A DNA stretch of 39,575 bases from Histomonas meleagridis 2922-C6/04-290x (taxonomy: Eukaryota > Protista > Parabasalia), in NCBI GenBank assembly GCA_020184695.1, contig JAANOX010000135.1, forward strand, positions 1-39,575. The letters run 5' to 3'. Positions within the stretch are counted from its first letter, which is position 1. Every line of letters starts with the position of its first letter. This document shows, piece after piece, positions 32,499 to 39,575 of the stretch. The notes under the pieces are model-generated. The model did no database searches and was not told where the DNA came from. It was given only the letters and a program-made list of their open reading frames with translations. The translations under genes were made by a program, and so were the position numbers.

Positions 32499-33972
32499 AT
32501 GTTAAAAGGCCAACAGGGTATAGATAATGAAATAGCTACTTATCTCAATGTTCTTGGTATTGATATGACTGCTGCTAAAGAAAACTTAAAACAATGGAGA
32601 AATAATCAATCCAATAAAACTATAAATGATCTCAATAATCAAATAAAAATATGGCGAACATTAAAAACAACCAATATAGATGAGAATACTTTATGGGACA
32701 ATATATTGACGTATTTACAAAATATTCAACATCCGTTTTTTGAGGATCTAGCCGCATTTCATCCAGAAGTACAAAAGGATGATGCTTTGGAAGAAACAGA
32801 ATATGAAGATCATTTTTCATCAGTGCAGCCAACAGTAACTATCGAAGACATTAAACCAATTTTGTCTAACGAAATTTCACCATTGGGTTATGAAAAAATG
32901 GTTGGAAAATATCAAAAAAAAAGAACAAATACTAAAGGTTTACCACCACCTTTAAGACCTCATGAATATCACATTAGAACTCCTGATGGTAAAATGTATG
33001 ATTTTATAGAAGATAAATCAAAATATAAATATACTGGAGGAAGTAATGTTATATTGGATGAAAATATGGATACATTAGCACATCTTATTCTTGATTTAAA
33101 GAAAGATGTTAAAAAAATTAGAGAGCTTCAAACAATAGAAGGAGCAAGAGCATTAGTTGAAAAACACATAATAAAGATAAAAAGGATCCAAGATATCATT
33201 GGACTGCAATTGAAGAAGATATAAATAAGGATGGTATTCCAGATGTTATAGTTGCAGATCAACATAAAAGAGCAAAATTTGTAAATGGATGGACAGTTAA
33301 ACAACATGACCCCTATGAAGCACAATATATAAGATTTTTACAAAAAAGTTATGGTAGTCCACAAAATAGAAAACTTTTGAGAGCAAAAGGTCAACATATA
33401 GAGGATTTCGATGAATTTATGGATAAATATATAAGAAAAGTTTCATATGATGATAATAAGCCATTTGATGATCCTAGGGTAGAACCTACCCCAGAAGGTA
33501 GACAAATTATGGATACTGTTGATAAATTTAATTTAAAGTATTATCAAGATACAGGTGTTAGAGATGTTTATAAAACACACAAACCAAGAAGGAGAACAGC
33601 AAATCAAGTGTTTACTAGATATGTTATTAAGCCAATTTATAATGATTATCTTAAAGATTATCAAAAGAATAATGCTAATGATGAACAACTTCCTGTAAAG
33701 TTAGCTATGATTAAAGGAATGTTTTCAATACTTAGTGTATCTGCTAAATTTTATAATGACATTATATAAAAACAAGAATGAATAAGATATTGGCAGGTCA
33801 AAATATTAAAAATGAGAAAACAGCTAAGAAATATATTAGAGAAGATACAGGAGGAAATTATTGGACAAGCGCTTCAAAGCAAGCAGTTTCTGAGATTTTA
33901 CTAGATAAGAATAAATTTGCAGATGTTAAAACATCATTATATGGATATATTAACAGTAATCGTGGTTTCTAA
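32499..33972 (+). pseudogene. Copy of the 5545-7014 gene
   Basis: Track ORFs 32499, 33377 and 33778 are near-identical to copy 1. Confidence 0.8.
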
Positions 33973-34010
33973 ATAAAGAAAATTTTTTTTTTTAAAATCA
34001 TTATTTTTTT

Positions 34011-34517
34011 ATGATTAAAATAAGTGATTTCTCACCTCATTTAGGGAAGAATAATACTGAACATAATAGTTCTAGTGCTAATTGTAAAGTTATTATTATT
34101 AATAATAACAATAGTGAAAAACCAGCACATTATCCTGAAGTTAATGAAGAAACACCAAAAATAATTACAAGAGAAACTGAACTTAATACTGATAATGCTA
34201 GTGCTTTATATAAACATATAGCTTTAACATTTAGTGCGATATTAAAAACAAATAATATGAAATTAATAGCAAATTTAATTGATAATAGTGGTAAAATTAT
34301 AATTAATGCTAATGATTTAGTACAAGCTATAAGTTTAATTTTAGAAATTGATTTTAATCAAGTTAGATTAAGTTATGAAGATCCTGAACCTGGATGTTTA
34401 AAACATGTAAATCCAATTAAAAAAGTTAACTCAATTAAGATTAATGGCTATGATTTTAGTTCTTAATATAATAAAAAATATAACACATTAATGGATGAAT
34501 TCAATATTTCCTTATAA
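34011..34517 (+). pseudogene. Copy of the 7053 gene (CAA>TAA at 34464)
   Basis: Native end DEFNISL* at 34517. Confidence 0.8.
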
Positions 34518-34523
34518 AAGGAT

Positions 34524-35378
34524 TCATTTATAAGTATCATAATTTTCATACCAGTCATTAGTATCAGGATTACCATGCCAATACCGAATTTCGTCAGTAG
34601 GTTTAATATTACCCCATCCTGAATGGAATATTTCATCTTCTTCTTTTGAAGGTATATTAATTGCATTTGGAACTGGATTTAATAAATATCTTAGTACTGA
34701 TATTTTTATTCCTTTATATTATGTATATTAAATTTACCTTTTTCGTAATTATCTACTATATAAATATCTGGTAATATTTTTTGATCTCTTTTTTAATTGA
34801 TCTGTGTTATAAACTGTTACTGATGTACCAGGAGGTAAATTAAATCCTTTTTGTTTCATAATTTTATGATTTAATTCATGTAAAGGTAAATCAATAGATT
34901 TTTGTTTTATTTTTGCTTCATATGGTAATATTTTTTTATGATTTAATTTAGATAATGTTTTATGATAAGTATAATTATAATTATGTATAATTTTATTCAT
35001 ATCATAAGGTTAAATACACTCTAAACCCATATTATCAGCCATATCTCTAATAGTTCTACAAATTCTATTAATTATAGCTAAAGATTGATGTATAGGATAA
35101 GATTTATTTTTAATTATTATTCTCTCAACAGGAATTATTTTAGTACCAATTAAATAATTTGATATATATTGTAAACGTTTTGCCCAAAAATGTATTTTCT
35201 GAATCACAATAAATAATTTTGGGATTAAATAAACCTGTACTATAAAGTTCAAATAAAGCTTTAGCTACACTTTCGATTGATTTTTTACTATGTTTATCGT
35301 TCATTTTAATATTAGTGATAGTACCTAATAAATATCTAGTTTGTACTTCTACAGCTAATAAATTACAATAATCATAAT
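34524..35378 (-). pseudogene. Integrase, copy 3 (3' part; divergent from copy 1)
   Basis: YCNLLAVEVQTRYL, IIYCDSE, SLAIINRICRTIRD; retains a C-terminal tail that copy 1 lacks. Confidence 0.8.
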
Positions 35379-36242
35379 TAAATTCATACATATTAGATTT
35401 ACATGAAAGTACAGTTAAACCTGTACAATATAAAGAAACATTCTCAGTTGCAGTATCAATAGTATGATTAGTTTCAGTATCACATTTAAATGTAGTAGTT
35501 ATATTAGCAGAATTACCAATTTGAGTAAAACCATGAGTAAATAAAGGTAAATTATTAAATGTAGCATTAATAGTAGAATCTTCTAAAAATTCTATAACTT
35601 ATTTAATTTTACGTGGATCTACTTGACACCAAATTAAACCATTTTGTTTAACATAAAACTTTAATTCAATATCACCAACTAATCTATTTGAATATAAATC
35701 AAATGCTTGTAAAGCTAATATATCTTCAAATGGAAGATTCATTTCAAATTCGATATCATGTTTATTTCCATCTGCAATTGTATTTAAATCAACATAAGTA
35801 CCACAAACAGATTGATAATATTCTTAAACATTTTCATATAAAGAATGTGTATATTTCCTAGTTTTCTTTTCAGCATAGGGTTTAATTGTTGAATAACAAT
35901 AACCTTCTCGACAACATTCATTTTGTTGATAACCAGTAGAAATATTATTAGACATAATTTGTAATTGATCTAATAATTGATTAGAACTCTTAAAACCTAT
36001 ACATATTTTAACTAAATTTTCTGGATCTGACAAATTACCAGATGAAATAGCTTTTGATAATTGTATAGTTATTCTAATTTTAAAATTAATAAAACCTTCA
36101 GTTATTTGTGAAATCATATGATCACCATGAGTAATTCTTAATCTAGTTTCTTAAGATTGATTAAATGGTGCATTTTGATCATGACAATCTTCAGTTCTTA
36201 AAATAAAAGAACGAGTACCATCATTTTTAGCAATTAAATCTT
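35379..36242 (-). pseudogene. 5'/central part of the major capsid gene, inverted and joined to the integrase
   Basis: Matches 2150-2700; adds NRLVGDIELKFYVKQNGLIWCQVDP...CKSNMY, which is missing in copy 1. Confidence 0.8.
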
Positions 36243-37244
36243 CATTACACTTAAAGAAGTGGTCATGATAAAAAATTAATTATGATAAAGTAGTAATATT
36301 AAAGTAGTTATAATAAAGTAGTTATAATTAACAATAAATATAATAAAGAAGTAGTTATTTATATTAATTCACCTTATATAACACCAGATAGAATGTAAAT
36401 ATTTATCAATATATATAATAATCATACATATCATAATTATATAGAATGTTCTCCAACTGATATGTTTAATAATGAAAATATTGAAAAATAGTATATATTT
36501 GAGTGTCTAAAATTAGCAGAAAAACAACAAAGAATAAGAGATTTAATGATCTTAATAAATTATAATGTTAGATATATATTACCTAGTGTTATGGACGGAA
36601 AACATTCAAAATTATTCAATTTTGTGTAAAGTATTTAAAAAGTTCAATTGAATACATAAATGGTCCCTAGTATTCAAATTGACAAGGTTTTGTTTGGCTG
36701 TATATGCATACAATATGAATTTTGTTTCTTTGCTGTTTACCAGATGAACAGACAAAATACGAAATTATTCAATTTCTGTAAATAAACTATTCAAAATTAT
36801 TTAAATGTATATTTGGTCTTTATATCGATGGCAAAAGTGTCAACGAATTTGATGTGTCTACCAGCTGGACAAATAACATTCGAAATTATTCAATTTCGGT
36901 ATGAAGTATCTAATATCTTTTATAAAAAAACTCATAATATTATGAGTATGTTATATAACAATGAAAAATTTATATCGTCATGCATTAAAAATACTACGCT
37001 TTTTAGGCCTTCGGTACTCGCAAAATATTTTATTAAAACCATTAAACAATCATTTTTACTTAATAATTTGCAAAAAAATTTATTAACAGTCATCATTAAA
37101 AAAAAAAAAATTAGACCTTTTAGTTTATTCAATTTGGTGAGTTGAATGGTTTTGTTTGACATCAACAATCCACATTGGGGGAATTGTCGGATTCCAGTGG
37201 TTTCCTTGATTGTATCGCTGAATAGGAGTCATGTGGGTTTTTCT

Positions 37245-37713
37245 TTATGTGACGGTTATTTGGGGGAGACCCATATGCGGCATATCGTTGTAGACCGTTA
37301 CCCAATTTCTTAATTCTTCAGGTGTAGTACAGTTATCCGCTGTACTCCAAAACCGTTCGTATTTGCCGTTTCGCTGAGGGTTCTTCATTTGTGTTACAAC
37401 AATTTTTATCCCATTGGTATCACAAAATTTTTCTAAAATGACCTTTAAATTCAGTACCATTATCGGTCCATATACAATATTCACGGTTACGATATTGAAT
37501 TGCGATTTCGAGAACGGTTTTAAAAACGTCGGAATCTTTTGTTGGAATCAATTCATGATGAACAATATACCTTGAATAGTCATCAATAAATGCTATTAGA
37601 TATTGACCACCAAAGTGGTGAAGATAGGTGTGCCATATTAAATCGGGGTTATAGTATCGTTCCTTTAAACTGCTCCAAGATAACGGTCTCTCTTCTTCCT
37701 CTTCGGAAATCAA
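37245..37713 (-). pseudogene. IS481/IS3-like integrase-core transposase (IS481EU-like)
   Basis: LIWHTYLH, IAFIDDYSR, IWTDNGTEF, NPQRNGKYERFW, YNDMPH; one frameshift; first D altered. Confidence 0.8.
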
Positions 37714-38672
37714 CTTTTAGCCCCAGTTTTTCAAAACCTCTTTTAATAGCTCCTGGGCTAACAATTTGAGTCCTTATCCGCGTGAACCCTGACCTATTAT
37801 ATTGAGGAATGCCGAGCGTGGCTTCCCCAATTCAGAGGAAACCTCTCAATTTTTCAATTAATTCAATTTTCGATAAACGATAACTATGAATTTTGAATTT
37901 TTCTGAAATTTCCTAATGTTATAACAAAATAAATTGAATAAATTCATTTTTCAATCAACGATGCCTATCGTTTTATTCTTGAATCATTTTTATTTTGTTT
38001 TAAAATGTGACTTTATTCATAATAAGCATGATATACACGTTAGCAACATACTAACAATGAAATAACATTTTTATACATGAAATATATGAAATGCACATAT
38101 GAAATATATGATATGCACATATTAACGATGGAATATCATATTTATACAGGTAATATGATGTAATAAAAGCATAATGAAAATGTGATATCAATCATTGAAT
38201 AAATTGAATTCGAATTGAATTTTTTCAATGGCATGCTATCTATTTCAATAATAATCATTCAATTATTTATAAGTAACCGTCACATTTGATTTTTTATTTC
38301 GAATTTCTGTTTTGTAGCTATAGGATATAAATAACATACTCTGATTTCGATATATTTTAATCTATCAATAAAATATAATATATTTACTATGTTTTCGACT
38401 CGAAAGAATAAACTATGTATCAAAATTGATTTATCTGTTGAATTTTTGAAACTATATAATTATCTCAAAAATTGTGTCTAAACGTCATGCATTTTCAAAT
38501 ATTTGTATGTCTTATTGTGAATCAAAAGTAAAAATATTTGAAGAAATTGTTAGATACTTTATTTTGCGTATAACGTATATAGTTTGATAAACTTCAACGA
38601 AATATTGCGACTTATTCACAACAATGTCCCTGCTATTGAAATCGCCACTATGGTATCGTTCAGAATCCGAAT

Positions 38673-39437
38673 ATGCTCAGAATGTGCCCAAAATGTAACA
38701 GTGTTATGACATTTTATCCACATGAAAGATTCTACCGATGTCGGAATCGAAAATGCGATTGTCACCTTTCTATTTGGCATCCCACACCCAGAAACAATGG
38801 AAAAATTAATGACAATGAGTTCTTCCTTGTTTATGCTTGCTTCTGTATGGATTATCCAATTCATATAGCTGCATCAATAATAGTGATTAGTGATGATGCA
38901 TGTTCGCATTATTATCAGAAGTTCAGAGAACAAGCAGTACTAACAACCATTTATGAAATGAGTAATTTCCCCCTTGGCTCAATTGTCCAAGTTGATGAAT
39001 CGCTTTTCACCAAAAGAAAAGATAACAAAGGGAGGAAAGTTATGCCAAAATGGGTTTTTGGAGCATGCGAAGCTATTAAAGGAGGCAAATGCTACTTTAC
39101 CATTGTTCCTAAAAGAGATAAACTAAATCTAGAAAGATGTATAGGACAATGGGTAAACGTAGGCTCGACAGTGATTTCTGATCAATGGGAAGGTTATATT
39201 GATTTACAAAGAAAAGAATATTTCCATTTCATTGTAAATCATAGTAAGAATTTCGTTGATCCAATTATCAAAGTTCATACTCAAAGGATTGAATCAATGT
39301 GGAGTGCTGTAAAGCAATGGAAAAGAATTCATAAGTACAAAGATCGTAATTATTTAGAAGATCACATTTATGAATTTTGCTATCGCTATAATCACAAAAG
39401 TGATATACTTAGTTTCATGAGGAATTTATATCAATAA
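38673..39437 (+). CDS. Merlin (IS1595/ISXO2-like) DDE transposase with N-terminal zinc ribbon
   Basis: CPKC...CRNRKC, VQVDESLF, WVFG, VISDQWEGY, VNHSKNFVDP, HTQRIESMW; ORF uninterrupted. Confidence 0.92.
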   Translation: MLRMCPKCNSVMTFYPHERFYRCRNRKCDCHLSIWHPTPRNNGKINDNEFFLVYACFCMDYPIHIAASIIVISDDACSHYYQKFREQAVLTTIYEMSNFPLGSIVQVDESLFTKRKDNKGRKVMPKWVFGACEAIKGGKCYFTIVPKRDKLNLERCIGQWVNVGSTVISDQWEGYIDLQRKEYFHFIVNHSKNFVDPIIKVHTQRIESMWSAVKQWKRIHKYKDRNYLEDHIYEFCYRYNHKSDILSFMRNLYQ

Positions 39438-39548
39438 AAATCACATAATTAAATATCATTTAAATGATAAAAAATTGTAATGATATGTATTCGATATTAA
39501 TATTTTATATGTAGAATAATATTTATGTCTTTAAGATGTTGATTATTT

Positions 39549-39563
39549 ACACACACACACACA
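39549..39563. repeat. Short (AC)n microsatellite
   Basis: ACACACACACACACA. Confidence 0.6.
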
Positions 39564-39575
39564 GCGCTATGTGAG

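Larger units (their letters stand above)
31291..36242. mobile_element. Partial, rearranged copy 3 of the Polinton-like virus
   Basis: 31291-35378 collinear with ~4330-8310; 35379-36242 is the inverted 5' part of the capsid gene; no TIRs. Confidence 0.9.

Noticed and set aside
1514-36242. TAA/TAG read as Gln (ciliate/hexamitid/oxymonad-type code), suggested by in-frame TAR at Gln-like positions
   Set aside because: Long intact ORFs (fiber 577 aa, Merlin 254 aa) contain no internal TAR and genes end in TAA; paired copies show CAA>TAA, TTA>TGA and TTA>TAA substitutions, consistent with decay.
330-38864. Antisense/shadow ORFs (330, 2524, 5678, 8447, 21205, 21658, 23183, 28659, 29783, 32632, 33128, 38616 etc.)
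   Set aside because: They overlap better-supported genes on the other strand or frame and carry no motifs.

Overview
Very AT-rich eukaryotic repeat region with no recognisable host housekeeping gene. Trichomonad-type Inr motifs (TCAYW just upstream of ATG), stops embedded in TAAA, and the IS481-like, Merlin, MULE and mariner content point to a parabasalid (trichomonad-like) genome; this is inference. Main content: (1) 1-~11735, an apparently full-length endogenous Polinton/Maverick-like virus. It encodes a probable double-jelly-roll major capsid, penton, A32-type packaging ATPase, rve integrase, HxH-repeat fiber, three tandem amphipathic peptides and a stand-alone chromodomain. It has ~270-bp imperfect TIRs, the right one capped by a GC-rich hairpin. 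I found no pPolB, helicase, Rep or protease. (2) Two further partial, mosaic or rearranged copies (11742-13348, 31291-36242). (3) A nested DNA-transposon stack: a MULE and its inverted partial copy, a TA-TSD-flanked 5.3-kb mariner composite carrying a Myb-like/P-type transposase, a TIR element with a zinc-knuckle ORF, a second MULE, Tc1, IS481-like and Merlin elements. (4) A ~1.42-kb direct-repeat-bounded CRESS-virus-like unit (26026-27511) with a capsid gene and a chromodomain ORF where Rep would be expected. Family calls come from motif recognition by eye, not database searches. Many frameshifts lie in homopolymers and may be assembly errors.
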